Below are positions 30,601 to 40,500 of a stretch of 64,000 nucleotides of DNA, piece after piece (positions within the stretch are counted from its first letter, which is position 1; every line of letters begins with the position of its first letter). The stretch is from NCBI GenBank assembly GCA_018651605.1, contig JABIDS010000013.1, positions 717-64,716 of the forward strand, written 5' to 3'. Below the pieces are notes generated by a model, which did no database searches, had not been told where the DNA came from, and saw only the letters and a list, made by a program, of their open reading frames with translations. The stretch comes from an archaeon (lineage in GTDB: Archaea > Nanobdellota > Nanobdellia > Pacearchaeales > GW2011-AR1). The position numbers and the translations under genes were made by a program.

Positions 30601-33600
30601 AATTATAGTACAGATAATATTTTGTTGAGTGTTAGTTTGAGTGAGGATGCTGTTGTTGATGTTAATTATACTATTGATGGAGGAGTTACAAATGTTAGTT
30701 TATCTGGTAGTGGAAGTAGCTGGAGTGATAGTGTGATTTTTGCTGATGGGAGTAAGACTGTAACTTTTTATGCTTCTGATTCTTCTTGGAATAATGCCTC
30801 TAATTCTGTAACTTTTAATGTTGATACTTCTGTTAATGATGTAACTGCTCCTGCCATTACTGTTTGGAGCCCTTTAAATAATTCTTATGATATAGATGGA
30901 ACTGTTTTGTTAAATATTTCTACAAATGAGGATTTGAGTTGGGCAGGGTATAGTAATAATTCTGCTGACTTGATTGATTTGGATAATGTTTCTACAACTT
31001 ATTGGAATGCTAGTGTTGTTTTTGATGAAGGTCAACATAATTTGACTTTTTATGCTAATGATAGTTCTTCAAATAAAAATCAAGGGAGTAAGGGTTTTGT
31101 TCTTTATGTTGATTTAACAAATCCTGATGTTGAAGGTTTTTCTTGTGGAGATGTTAATGATAGTTTGGATGTTGTTTGTAGTGCTAATGTTAGTGATGAA
31201 ATTGGTTTGAGTTATGCTGTTGTTGGTTATAATTTTACTGGTTCGTGGCAGAATAGTTCTCAGATTAGTTTAAGTAGTGTTAGTTCTAGTTTGAATTATG
31301 TAATTGCTAGTGGGAATAGTTCTCCTGGAGTTTTTGGTGCGGAGATTTATTTGTTTGATTTATCTGGTAGACAGAATTTGACTGTTTCTGATTTGGTTAC
31401 TATTAGTGATGATACTTTACCTTTATTTTCTAATATTAGTTATGTTCCAAATGTAACTGATGATTTGGATCCAGGGGTTTTGGTTAATGTTAGCGTCGCT
31501 GTTAATGAGGATTATAATATTTCTTCTGTGGAGTTGATGTATAAGAATTCTAGTTCTGCTGATTGGAGTTCTATTGTAATGAGTAATGGTTCTGCTTTGA
31601 CTTATTTAGTGGCATCGAATGTTACTTATAATGCTTCTTTTGTTGTTCAGAATGAGACTTGGTATTTTCAAATTAATGCAACTGACTCTGAAGAGAATAG
31701 TGCTTTTTCTTCTAATTATACCTTGCTTGTTGATGATGATATTTCTCAGAATATCAGCACGACAATTCCTCTTACTAAATCTATAACTTATGCGCAAAGA
31801 ACAAGTAATAATTCTTTGGGTTATTTGATTATGAATAATACTGGAGATAGTAGTTTGAATTTTAATATTACTTTGAATTCAAGTGACAGTGGAGTGTTGA
31901 GTAGGTTAAGTGTTAATTATAGTAGGAATCAAACTGCTAACTTTTCTGCTGGTTCTTTGTCTGATGTTAATATTACTATTGATGTTAATACTACTGATTT
32001 AAGTGCAGGATTGTATGATTATAATATTAGTGTTGCTTCTGAATCTGGAACTGAAGTTTTTGCAAGGGGGCTTAATATTCAAACTGCTGCTGGACCTTTA
32101 TTATCTACTTTAATTACAACTTATTCTTCAAATGTTACAAAAGGAGAGAACGATGTTGAGTTAGTTGCTACGGTTACGAATTTGGGAACTGCAGATGCTA
32201 GTAATGTTTTGTTGAATTGGACTTTGCCTTCTGATTTGAGTTTAGCATCTGGAAGTTTATCTAGGAATTTGGGAACCTTAGGAGTTGGAATAAGTGGGAC
32301 TAATACTGTCACAATTAATGTTGCTAGTTCTGCAGGTGATGCAAATGTGAATATAAGTGCAGATGCAACTTCAAGTAATGCAGATTCTTCAAGTATTTCT
32401 AAGATAATTACTATTGGTTCTCCAAGTGTTGTTACAACGACTGTTGGTGGAACTGTTAGTAGTGGTGGAGGTGGTGGAGGTTCTGTTGGAGATGAAGGAG
32501 GAGTAAGTCAAAGTTATGTTAAGACTGTGGAGATAATTAGGGGGGGAGAAGATATTTTTACGATTGATGTTTATAATAAATATCCTAATTCAACTTTGAA
32601 TGATGTAACTCTTAGTTTAAGTGGATATGATGAGCATTATTTTGAATTTTCACCTCAAAAGATTTCCGGAATTAAATACAATGAAACCAAAAGCTTTAAA
32701 GTTAAATTAACTGCGCCATCGTATAAAAGTTATGAAGAAAATATTTTAAAGGCGATGATTAATGGTGATTTAATTCAGAATGGTGCTAGTAGGACTTATA
32801 GTGAGACTCAGAATATTAGATTGCTTATACAAGAAGTAAGTTTAGAGAAAATAATTATTAGCTTAGATGAAGCTGAAAAAGCAATTCAGAAAATGAAAGA
32901 AGCAGGGTTTAATGTTGATGAGGTTGAAAGATTTTTAGAAGAAGCAAGAATAAAATTAAAAGATAATAGAAATAAACAGGCTTGGGATTTGTCTGAAAAT
33001 ATTATTGAGATTAATAATTTGGCTTTTGAGGTTGATACTTTAATAAATAATGTTTTTGCAGTTTTGTCAAATCCTCGGAAAAAGTCTGTGTTAACTCAGG
33101 GGACTGGTTTTAAGGGGAGTGGTTTTTCTGTTAAGGAGTTTTTCTTGGATAGTCCTGCTTTGGAAATGGTTAATTTAGCAAGGGTTGCATTTGAAAGGGG
33201 AGATTATGAACTTGCAAAGAAAAGGGCAGATAGTGCTCGTTCATTGTTGTTGTTTAGTATGAAAGGGAATTTTGGTTTGTTTTTGTATTTGTATTGGTAT
33301 TTTGTTCTTGGATTTATAATTATATTTTCTGCAAGTAGTTTGGTTGGTTATAGGAAATATAAAAAATCAAGTATTACTCAGAGAATTGGGCAATTTGATA
33401 ATGAGGAAAATAATATACGGAAATTGGTTCTTAATTCTCAGAGAAGATATTTTGCAGGGAAGATTAGTGAAGGAGATTATCATGCAACTATAAATCAACA
33501 TAGAAAGAGGTTAGCGAATATAAAGAAGTTTAGAATAAATTTGAGAAATAAGAGGATTAAGATGTTGAAACCTCGGGATATTATTAAGGATTTGGAAGAA

Positions 33601-34521
33601 GAGAAAACTCAGGTTGAAGAAGGGATAAAGCAGCAGCAGATATTATTTTACAAAGAGAATAAGATTTCTGAGAATGAGTATAAATTGCAGTTTAAGATTT
33701 TTAATGAGAGATTGGCGGAGATTGAAGGAGAGAGGACAACCTTGGAATTGTTGAGGGAAACTTCTAAAACAAATAATAAAAATGTTCTTTTGAAGGAGAA
33801 TAAAGTTAAACTTAAGCGAAATATTGTAAAGGCTGAAAAGAAAATTAAAACTCGTGGAAGCTATGTTGATATTTTTAATAAAGTTAAATATGGGTTTTTT
33901 GGATTGTTTGTAAATCCTGTTAAATATGTTAAGAAAAATCTAGAGAGAAAAAGGTTTAGGAAGGAAAATGAAAATAAGTTAAAGGTAGATAAAATATTGA
34001 ATGGAGATTCTAAAAGTGAAAAAAGTTTGCAAGAGAAATCTAAAAATTCTGAGAATTTAAAATTGATTGTTGATAAGGGTAAAAAGGCTGTTTCTAGTTT
34101 GAATCTCTTTAGATATGTTAGGGAAGATAGAGATAGAAGAATGTTTAATGTTGAGAAAGAAAATAAATTAAAGATAGATGCGTTGTTAAATAATAGGAAA
34201 ACTGAAGTTGAAATTGAAGATGATTTAAGGAAGAAACAAGTATTGAAAGATAAAGGAGTTAAAGAATCTTTGAAGTTTCAGGCTAGAGAAAGAAGGAATG
34301 CGAAATTTAGAACTATAAAAAATAATTTGGCCTTGAAATCTGAAAGAATTGTTAGGGGTATTGGTAAGGGAATTAGAAAATTAAATCCTTTTAAGTATAA
34401 GAAAGCAAGGTTTAATATATTTAATTATTATGCTGGATATAAGGAAAGAATGAGATTAAAAGAGGAAGCTAGAGTTAGAAAAGAATTAAATAAATTGTTT
34501 GAAGAGAAGTGGAAAAGATGA
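27634..34521 (+). CDS. Giant Ig-like-repeat surface glycoprotein, main part, with TM and basic cytoplasmic coiled-coil tail
   Basis: Repeated DTTPPAITILSP...W...ANDSSGN units, many sequons, TM YWYFVLGFIIIF; no signal peptide of its own. Confidence 0.8.
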   Translation: MDNITVSHSVIQGGDTITIWANTTSHGVNDSDADTLQLFCDDTIAPTFVNSDCTGGITSDGSYPYALTCTFVVPSDDVAHVEYCRVYDGIAYSNVSNVTYTTDSTSPSLSIVSVAGDSVVSYYDSVDDSVSVINVSGEESMSCRWSSSDLSYSAMSNACSTNGIYTACNVNDVVSQGYTTRYVSCQDNYTNGNNATNNLNVNFYLDYTAPTTSDDSSSTIIAPNYVVTLNEGDNVDSDVITLYCTDTTNTCAPSLSIDDGGTVTFTSANRGVNYLRYNSTDDAGNQQITVSKTININELPVFSSASDDAVIIAGEAEVNVSTISSDSDGSQTLTLWVCDSTSVTSSGCGGGHYCNTSVSSGVNLSCNFSSESDSALHNWYAFIYDALGEIAVANFSGSYTTDSDGPEITIVNPANDTFTNDDITAQIVLNEGGSLAWYELDGNGTNVTMSNSSTTSWNINIYNLSLGNHNLTFWANDSYGNVGVSAMRYFEIALPLDTTPPAITILSPVNGSYQTASGVYINISADEVLKGAWYELNYNGTKIGLSNYTSSNWYVDISLSEESEYNLTIWANDSSDNENTKNISFYVDSLAPRYSSVSALPSIANVSQDVNCSINWIDGFNLSSVKISENSSGTFENHTIGSLELGGSASYNIVGNKLNGVGSYECRFYAVDSAGNFNSTSVSFSVNDVTVPVITVTSPSNATYNQNYLDVSLIVSENSSWAGYSLNGASNVTMENTSMTNWNRTLTGLSNGGYNIIFYANDSSGNMANSSLIHFAINTGAADTTAPVITIDTISNASYKTATSVVVNVTTNENADWVGYKLNSGSLTDMSNLTSAIKWNVTLTGLVVESSNDLEVYANDSADNDGSKNITFYVDSVAPRITNISASPSPANESQNVVCNAYVNDTFSLSSVKIEENASNSGTFENHTLDLSASGWMNYTILNVEKGANYTCRFYAIDAAGNVNNSELITFVVNDVTAPVITINSPLNQNYSTDNILLSVSLSEDAVVDVNYTIDGGVTNVSLSGSGSSWSDSVIFADGSKTVTFYASDSSWNNASNSVTFNVDTSVNDVTAPAITVWSPLNNSYDIDGTVLLNISTNEDLSWAGYSNNSADLIDLDNVSTTYWNASVVFDEGQHNLTFYANDSSSNKNQGSKGFVLYVDLTNPDVEGFSCGDVNDSLDVVCSANVSDEIGLSYAVVGYNFTGSWQNSSQISLSSVSSSLNYVIASGNSSPGVFGAEIYLFDLSGRQNLTVSDLVTISDDTLPLFSNISYVPNVTDDLDPGVLVNVSVAVNEDYNISSVELMYKNSSSADWSSIVMSNGSALTYLVASNVTYNASFVVQNETWYFQINATDSEENSAFSSNYTLLVDDDISQNISTTIPLTKSITYAQRTSNNSLGYLIMNNTGDSSLNFNITLNSSDSGVLSRLSVNYSRNQTANFSAGSLSDVNITIDVNTTDLSAGLYDYNISVASESGTEVFARGLNIQTAAGPLLSTLITTYSSNVTKGENDVELVATVTNLGTADASNVLLNWTLPSDLSLASGSLSRNLGTLGVGISGTNTVTINVASSAGDANVNISADATSSNADSSSISKIITIGSPSVVTTTVGGTVSSGGGGGGSVGDEGGVSQSYVKTVEIIRGGEDIFTIDVYNKYPNSTLNDVTLSLSGYDEHYFEFSPQKISGIKYNETKSFKVKLTAPSYKSYEENILKAMINGDLIQNGASRTYSETQNIRLLIQEVSLEKIIISLDEAEKAIQKMKEAGFNVDEVERFLEEARIKLKDNRNKQAWDLSENIIEINNLAFEVDTLINNVFAVLSNPRKKSVLTQGTGFKGSGFSVKEFFLDSPALEMVNLARVAFERGDYELAKKRADSARSLLLFSMKGNFGLFLYLYWYFVLGFIIIFSASSLVGYRKYKKSSITQRIGQFDNEENNIRKLVLNSQRRYFAGKISEGDYHATINQHRKRLANIKKFRINLRNKRIKMLKPRDIIKDLEEEKTQVEEGIKQQQILFYKENKISENEYKLQFKIFNERLAEIEGERTTLELLRETSKTNNKNVLLKENKVKLKRNIVKAEKKIKTRGSYVDIFNKVKYGFFGLFVNPVKYVKKNLERKRFRKENENKLKVDKILNGDSKSEKSLQEKSKNSENLKLIVDKGKKAVSSLNLFRYVREDRDRRMFNVEKENKLKIDALLNNRKTEVEIEDDLRKKQVLKDKGVKESLKFQARERRNAKFRTIKNNLALKSERIVRGIGKGIRKLNPFKYKKARFNIFNYYAGYKERMRLKEEARVRKELNKLFEEKWKR

Positions 34522-35561
34522 AAAGAGAATTTATGATTGTCGTAGGGGATATTTTTTTAATCTTAAGTTTAGTTTTTTTAATTTATAATTTTAATCCAGT
34601 TTTAACTGGTTTTGCAGTTTCTGATGTAAATTATTCTGGGGTTGAGTATGATGAAAATTCTAGTGTGATTACTCAAGAGGATGCTTTACAGGGAATTAGT
34701 GAGGCTGAAGCTATTCTTGAAGAAATGAAGAATAATAATTTTTCAGGAATTTATGTTGAAGATTTATTAATTCGTGCTAGAAATGTTTTTCAACAAGTAA
34801 AATATGCGGAAATTTTAAGGAAGGATGTTGAGGCAACCCAGGTTGAGAGGGTAGAGGCAGTAGAAGCATTAAAATTAGTTGATTGGAAAGATATTAATTA
34901 TTCTTTGGTTTTAATTCAAACTGAAAACATTAAGGAAGTAAGAGAGCTTGCTTTTTTTGTTACTGATTTGCTTTCTATTCAGGAGAGTTTTCTTGGAGCT
35001 GAAAGAGATGAGTCTGGGAAAATTGTTTCTTTTTCTAAGGTTGAAGAAGTTAATTTGGAGAAATTTAGAAATCTTATTAATGAAATAGAAGATGCTTTGA
35101 ATGAATCTCGGTTTGAAGAAGCTGAAAGTTTGACTATTGCATTAAAAGAAGAAGTAGAGTTAAGGAGAAATGAGGCTTTGACTTCTCTTGCATTAAAGGC
35201 AAGTGCTGAACAGTTTTTGAAAAAATATTGGTATTTGGTTGTTTTGATTTTGATTTTGATTTTTGTTGTAGGGCGGTTTTTTTATAAAAAATTTGAAAAG
35301 AAGTTATTAAAAAAGAAAATTGAAAAAATGAATTTAGAGAAAAAAGTTTTGATTGATTTAATGAAAAGAACTCAGGTAGAGAGATTTAGAGAGAATAAAA
35401 TTTCGGGATTAGTTTATAATCTGAGGATGAAAAAATATAAGGAGAAATTGCAAAAGGTTAAACAAGAGTTGCCTTTTTTGGAGAAGAAGTTGGTTAAGAT
35501 TAAGAAGGTTGGTTATGGTGTTAAGGGAGAGGGGAGTGAGAAGATGGTTGTTAAGAGTTAG
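34518..35561 (+). CDS. Membrane protein resembling the membrane-proximal part of the upstream giant protein
   Basis: N-terminal TM with LTGFAV, helical region, YWYL TM, RFRENKISGLVY. Confidence 0.65.
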   Translation: MKREFMIVVGDIFLILSLVFLIYNFNPVLTGFAVSDVNYSGVEYDENSSVITQEDALQGISEAEAILEEMKNNNFSGIYVEDLLIRARNVFQQVKYAEILRKDVEATQVERVEAVEALKLVDWKDINYSLVLIQTENIKEVRELAFFVTDLLSIQESFLGAERDESGKIVSFSKVEEVNLEKFRNLINEIEDALNESRFEEAESLTIALKEEVELRRNEALTSLALKASAEQFLKKYWYLVVLILILIFVVGRFFYKKFEKKLLKKKIEKMNLEKKVLIDLMKRTQVERFRENKISGLVYNLRMKKYKEKLQKVKQELPFLEKKLVKIKKVGYGVKGEGSEKMVVKS

Positions 35562-35595
35562 AAAGGTTTATTAATAATGTTTCTTTAATTGTGTT

Positions 35596-35835
35596 ATGGT
35601 AAGTAAAAAGAAAAAGGAGGTAAAGATGAACGGAAAATCTGGACCGGTTTCAATGTTGGTGCATTTGGCAGTTTGGGTAACTGGGATTTTGGTTAGTTTG
35701 GCGGTTGGTTTTGGAATGACTGGTGGAATTTTAACAATACCTTATATTCCTGATGTAGTTACTGTTGCTGCTGGTTGGCTTGTAGTTGTTTTAACATTGT
35801 TAAGTGTAGTATTAGCAGTTGTAGATCAACTTTAA
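35596..35835 (+). CDS. Small 2-TM membrane protein
   Basis: Hydrophobic; alternative start at 35626 after AGGAGG. Confidence 0.6.
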   Translation: MVSKKKKEVKMNGKSGPVSMLVHLAVWVTGILVSLAVGFGMTGGILTIPYIPDVVTVAAGWLVVVLTLLSVVLAVVDQL

Positions 35836-35892
35836 TTTTTATTTTTTTATTTTTTTAAATAAGTTTTTATAGTTTGAATTATGCTTTAATTT

Positions 35893-38544
35893 ATGGTGAA
35901 TTGGCATGTTTTGTCGAGTAAAGAAGTGATTGAAAAATTAGGTTCTGATATGAAGGGACTTAGTTCTAAGGATGTTGATAAGCGGTTGAAGAAGTATGGG
36001 AAGAATGTTCTGAAGAAAAGTGGGCATTTTGATTTTTTGAAAGTTTTTTTAAATCAGTTTAAATCTTTTTTGATTTTGATTTTGATTTTTGCAGGTGTTG
36101 TTTCTTTTTTTATGCATTCGCGGATTGATGCTATTGTTATTTTTGCGATTATTATTTTGAATGCTTTTTTGGGGTTTTTTCAAGAGTATAAGGCTGAGAA
36201 GGCTATTGAAGAATTGAGAAAGATGATGGTTTCTTTTGCAAGGGTTTTGAGAGATGGTAAATTGATTGAGATTGATTCTAAGGGGGTTGTTCCTGGAGAT
36301 ATTTTGATTTTGAGAGAGGGTGATAAGATTGTTGGGGATGCTAGGATTTTGAAGTCAGAGGGTTTGAAGATTAATGAGGCATCTTTGACTGGAGAGAGTG
36401 TTTCTGTTGAGAAGATTGTTAAGAAGCTTGGAGAGAATGTTGCTCTTGCAGATAGGGTGAATATGGTTTATCAGGGTACAGAGGTTGTTGCAGGAAGTGG
36501 TGTTGCTATTGTTGTGAATACTGGAAGGAATAGTGAGTTTGGTAAGATTTCTGAGATGGTGCAAAAGGTTGAGTCTGAGAAGAATCCTTTTAGAGATAAG
36601 CTGGATAAGTTTGCACAGAAGATTGGGATTTTTATTTTGATTTTATCTGGGTTGATTGTTGGTTTGTTGATTTTTGAAGGTGTTGAGGTTTTTCAGTCTT
36701 TTTTGGTTGCAGTTAGTTTGGCTGTTTCTGCTATTCCTGAAGGATTGCCGGCTGTTATTTCTTTGGGTTTGGCTTTTGCTACTCGTAGAATGATTAAGAA
36801 AAATGTTTTAATTAGAAAATTACCTGCGTCTGAAACTTTGGGCAGGGTTACTGTTATTTGTACTGATAAGACTGGGACTTTGACTGAGGAGAAGATGAAG
36901 GTTTCAGATATTTATGTTGATGGGAAATTAAATTTTCCAGGTTCTAAGAATAGTAAGTTGTTGTTTAAGATTGGTGTTTTGTGTAATAATGCTCGGTATG
37001 GTGAGAAAGATGGTAAGAGGGTTTTGATTGGAGATCCTACTGAAAATGCGTTGATTGAAGTTGCTGAAGATAATTTTTTGGATATGGGGAAATTGATTGA
37101 GAATGAGAAAAAGGTTAAGGAGTTTGCTTTTAGTAGTGGAAGGAAGATGATGTCTGTTGTTCGTAAGAATAATAAGGGTTTGGTTTCTTATGTTAAGGGC
37201 GCTCCTGAGAGGATAATTGATAAAAGTAATTATGAGCTTGTTAATGGTGTGAGGGTTAAGTTGGATGAGAAGGGAAGGGAAAGGTTGATGGAGGTTTATA
37301 GAAAAATGGCTAAGAGTGGTTTGAGAGTTTTAGGTTTTGGGTATAAGGAGATAGGGAGTTTATCTAAGGCGGAATCTTTTTTGAAAGATTCCGAGGCCCA
37401 CCCGCCCACCCGCGATTTGATGAGTATCGCTGAAAGTGAATTAATTTTTGTAGGATTTCAAGGAATGATTGATCCTCCTCGGAAAGAGGTTAAGAATGCG
37501 ATTAAATTATGTAATGATGCTGGGATTAAGGTTTTGATGATGACTGGAGATTCTAAGTTGACTGCTGAAGCGATTGCTGAGGATATTGGTTTGAAAGGAG
37601 ATTCAGTAGGTGTTGCTGAATTGCATAGTATGAGTAATGTTGATTTGTTGAAAAGGATTGATGATATTTCTGTTTTTTCAAGAATTACTCCTGAAGATAA
37701 ATTGAGGATTATTAATATTTTGAAAAAGAAGAATGAGATTGTTGCGATGACTGGTGATGGGGTTAATGATGCTTTGGCTTTGAAGAGGGCGGATATTGGG
37801 ATTGCGATGGGGATTCGTGGGACTGATGTTGCTCGGGATTCTTCGGATATTGTTTTGATTGATGATAATTTTGCTTCGATTGTCGAGGGTGTTAGGGAAG
37901 GGAGGACGATTTATGATAATGTTAAGAAGTTTGTTAAGTATTTGTTGTCTGCGAATTTTTCAGAGGTTGTTTTGGTTTTGATTGTTATGTTGATTTGGAG
38001 GGATGCTAGATTTTTGCCATTGTTGCCTTTACAGATTTTATGGATTAATTTGATTACAGATAGTTTGCCTGCTTTGGCTTTGAGTTCTGAAAAAATGGAG
38101 GATGATGTTATGAAGAGAGCGCCTTCTGGTGAGGGAATTTTGAAAGGGATTAAGAGTTTTATTTTTGTTGCAGGTTTGATTGCTGTTTTAATTGGGTTTT
38201 TGTTTTTTTATATGAATAAGGGAGACATGGATTATGCTAGAACTATGGTGGTTTCGTCGTCGATTGTTTTTGAGATGTTTTTGGTTTTTAATTGTAGGAA
38301 TAATGGATTTGTTTTTAGTAATGGTGGTTTTTTTGGAGGTTTGAAGAAGGGAATTTTTGGGAATAAATATTTGATTTATGCTGTTTTGGTTTCTATTGGG
38401 TTGCATGTTTTTGCGATTTATAGTCCTCTTGGTGGTTTGTTTGGGTTTGTTAGGTTGGAGTTGATGGATTGGGTGTGGTTGGTAGGGGTTGGGCTTGTAG
38501 GGTTTGTTGGGGTTGAGGTTTTCAAAGGCTTGAATCGGGGGTGA
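35893..38544 (+). CDS. P-type (P2A-like, Ca2+) cation-transporting ATPase
   Basis: TGES, IPEGLP, DKTGT, KGAPE, DPPR, TGDGVND, LWINLITD. Confidence 0.92.
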   Translation: MVNWHVLSSKEVIEKLGSDMKGLSSKDVDKRLKKYGKNVLKKSGHFDFLKVFLNQFKSFLILILIFAGVVSFFMHSRIDAIVIFAIIILNAFLGFFQEYKAEKAIEELRKMMVSFARVLRDGKLIEIDSKGVVPGDILILREGDKIVGDARILKSEGLKINEASLTGESVSVEKIVKKLGENVALADRVNMVYQGTEVVAGSGVAIVVNTGRNSEFGKISEMVQKVESEKNPFRDKLDKFAQKIGIFILILSGLIVGLLIFEGVEVFQSFLVAVSLAVSAIPEGLPAVISLGLAFATRRMIKKNVLIRKLPASETLGRVTVICTDKTGTLTEEKMKVSDIYVDGKLNFPGSKNSKLLFKIGVLCNNARYGEKDGKRVLIGDPTENALIEVAEDNFLDMGKLIENEKKVKEFAFSSGRKMMSVVRKNNKGLVSYVKGAPERIIDKSNYELVNGVRVKLDEKGRERLMEVYRKMAKSGLRVLGFGYKEIGSLSKAESFLKDSEAHPPTRDLMSIAESELIFVGFQGMIDPPRKEVKNAIKLCNDAGIKVLMMTGDSKLTAEAIAEDIGLKGDSVGVAELHSMSNVDLLKRIDDISVFSRITPEDKLRIINILKKKNEIVAMTGDGVNDALALKRADIGIAMGIRGTDVARDSSDIVLIDDNFASIVEGVREGRTIYDNVKKFVKYLLSANFSEVVLVLIVMLIWRDARFLPLLPLQILWINLITDSLPALALSSEKMEDDVMKRAPSGEGILKGIKSFIFVAGLIAVLIGFLFFYMNKGDMDYARTMVVSSSIVFEMFLVFNCRNNGFVFSNGGFFGGLKKGIFGNKYLIYAVLVSIGLHVFAIYSPLGGLFGFVRLELMDWVWLVGVGLVGFVGVEVFKGLNRG
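37370..37430. repeat. In-frame insert: hairpin + G4 motif (- strand) + hairpin
   Basis: cggaatcttt/aaagattccg, cccacccgcccaccc, gcgat/atcgc; encodes ESFLKDSEAHPPTRDLMSIA. Confidence 0.75.
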
Positions 38545-38624
38545 GGAGGGTTTAAGTGGAATGGGAGAAAATAACCCAAATCTTTTTATAGTTTATTTCT
38601 TTTTTTAAAGTAGGTGAAAATAAA

Positions 38625-38939
38625 ATGATAAGTTGGATTGTGATGCTGATATTGGTTGTGATAGGAATTTTTGCTATTAAAATGAATCATCTTAAACATC
38701 GGTTGTTTATTATAATGTTGGTTTTGGTTGCTTTGTTTTTGTATTCAAGTATGGCGCTTATAACGACTCAGAATGAATTAAGTTTTGATGATAGTGAGGG
38801 TTTTTTTAATGCTATGAAAGTTTATAATGGGTGGCTTGCGAATGGATTTAGTAATCTTAAGGCTATTACTGGTAATGCTATGAAGATGGATTGGAGTTCT
38901 ACAAATGAAACTTTTTTTGAAGGTTCTGGGGAGGGATGA
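38625..38939 (+). CDS. Hypothetical membrane protein
   Basis: 2 TM; ends ITGNAMKMDW; paralog-like to the next ORF. Confidence 0.6.
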   Translation: MISWIVMLILVVIGIFAIKMNHLKHRLFIIMLVLVALFLYSSMALITTQNELSFDDSEGFFNAMKVYNGWLANGFSNLKAITGNAMKMDWSSTNETFFEGSGEG

Positions 38940-38942
38940 TGA

Positions 38943-39146
38943 ATGAAAATTTTGATGTTGTTTGTTATTTTTTTGTTGTTTGGGATGTTTTTTATAATTT
39001 CTAATGGGAATCTTCTGTTGAGTAATGCTGATGATAGGGCTGAGTTTTTTGGATTGTATTCTGAATGGATTGATAGTTTGACTGGTAATGGGAAAGGTGT
39101 TGCGGGGCATGTTGTTAAGATGGAATGGTTGCCTGAGAGTGGTTGA
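38943..39146 (+). CDS. Small hypothetical membrane protein
   Basis: 1 TM; ends VAGHVVKMEWLP. Confidence 0.6.
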   Translation: MKILMLFVIFLLFGMFFIISNGNLLLSNADDRAEFFGLYSEWIDSLTGNGKGVAGHVVKMEWLPESG

Positions 39147-39277
39147 TGGTTGGTGTTGGAGGGTAGTTTTATAAATTGTTGTGATGATTATTGTTTGTGC
39201 CGCAATAGCTTTCCCTGCTGGGATGACCTATTTTTCAAATAGGCCTCAGTTGGCGTGAGGTTATATTGTAAGAGTAT

Positions 39278-39351
39278 GCCGCAATAGCTTCAGTTGGTAG
39301 AGCGCTACATTGGTAATGTAGAGGTCCCGAGTTCGATCCTCGGTTGTGGCT
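39278..39351 (+). tRNA. tRNA-Thr(GGT)
   Basis: Acceptor GCCGCAA/TTGTGGC; anticodon arm CTACA-TTGGTAA-TGTAG; T arm CCGAG-TTCGATC-CTCGG; no encoded CCA. Confidence 0.95.
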
Positions 39352-39431
39352 TTTATTTATTTGGGCAGTTTTAAATTTCTTATTTTCACTATTGAGAAAA
39401 CTTTTAAATAGATTTTTGTAAATTTATAGGA

Positions 39432-39794
39432 ATGATAGATAGATGTAATGTGGAGGAATTAATGAAATATCAAATACCTGCAGTGAAATTAGCTGTGCAA
39501 AGAAATGCTTGGTATTTGGGTGAAGCATCTAAAGGATATGTTTCTGAAGAAATGGCTATGGAGGATTTTTTAGAAAATCATCTTGTGCCTTATTGGGCTG
39601 AAATTTTTAAAGCATTATTTTGTCATTTTAAGTGTGATTATGGTCAGGATTGTTCACTTGCAAGGAATAATGTTAGTTTAGCAAATATGTTTAGGGGAGA
39701 GGTTTATTTAGGAAATATTGATGATATTTTATCTGGTGGTGATGAAACTGAGAAAATTTTTAAGAAATTTAAAGAGATTTCAGATAACAGTTAA
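39432..39794 (+). CDS. Hypothetical protein
   Basis: 120-aa ORF behind a TATA-like element; WYLGE and C-x3-C-x5-C. Confidence 0.55.
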   Translation: MIDRCNVEELMKYQIPAVKLAVQRNAWYLGEASKGYVSEEMAMEDFLENHLVPYWAEIFKALFCHFKCDYGQDCSLARNNVSLANMFRGEVYLGNIDDILSGGDETEKIFKKFKEISDNS

Positions 39795-39824
39795 TTTTAT
39801 AAGTGTAGTGATGTAGGGTTTTTT

Positions 39825-40316
39825 ATGGTAGCATGTGAAGATTGTTCTGGGTTGAAAGATTTGAAAGATAGATATGGTGTGTTTAGGGGAAAGTATGATT
39901 TGCCTGAGTTTTCTGATTTGAATAGATTGTTTGATGTTGAGGAGATTGATTTTGATAGTGATTTTTTGTTGAGGAAAGTGAGGAGAGTTATTTCTGAAAG
40001 GATTGCTGGTTATTTGAGGTTTGTTGAGGTTATTTTGAATCCAAGTAATGCTCCGATGTTTTTCTTTAAGTTGATTAAGAAATTAGATGAAGGAGATAGG
40101 GAAGTTTTGTCTGAAGTTTATGAGATTCTTGGGAAGTTTGAGATTAGGATTCTTGGATTAGATGTAGATTATTCTGAGGAGAAAGAAGCTGATTTTATTA
40201 AGGATGCTTTTAATGTTTTTGATAATGATGTTAAGAATAAATTTCTGAGTATTATTGGGAAATTTAATAATGGGGATTCTAAGGTTAAGAAGGGTGGGAA
40301 TGGTTATGTTGGGTAG
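39825..40316 (+). CDS. Hypothetical protein
   Basis: 163-aa ORF with codon usage typical of this strand. Confidence 0.65.
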   Translation: MVACEDCSGLKDLKDRYGVFRGKYDLPEFSDLNRLFDVEEIDFDSDFLLRKVRRVISERIAGYLRFVEVILNPSNAPMFFFKLIKKLDEGDREVLSEVYEILGKFEIRILGLDVDYSEEKEADFIKDAFNVFDNDVKNKFLSIIGKFNNGDSKVKKGGNGYVG

Positions 40317-40319
40317 AAA

Positions 40320-40500
40320 AAATTAATAAAACTGTACTTGATTTTAGACAAGGCGTTTTATTAATTAATTAAAGAATAATCAACAAAGCAGTACCTGATT
40401 TTAGACAGGTTTATTTTGTTAATTAATTGAGGAATATAAACCCAGGAAGAATCGGTGTCACACAAAAAAGCATGTCCTGACTCTTCTGGGAAAAAGAGGT
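40320..40500 (-). ncRNA. Candidate structured RNA: three hairpins, two sharing a conserved apical motif
   Basis: gtacttgattttagacaag and gtacctgattttagacagg in long AT stems; third stem favours G-U pairs on the - strand; - strand BRE/TATA (cgaaacatttaaata) near 40525..40540. Confidence 0.45.

Noticed and set aside
39198..39351. Prophage or island att site at tRNA-Thr
   Set aside because: The duplicated segments are only 79 nt apart and no integrase or viral genes are nearby.
40345..40412. - strand loop tctaaaat as a CTA-anticodon (Pyl/suppressor) tRNA
   Set aside because: 8-nt loop and no D arm, T arm or acceptor stem.
40320..40430. Two ~19-bp direct repeats as a mini CRISPR array
   Set aside because: Only two imperfect copies, the flanks pair with each other, and no cas genes are present.
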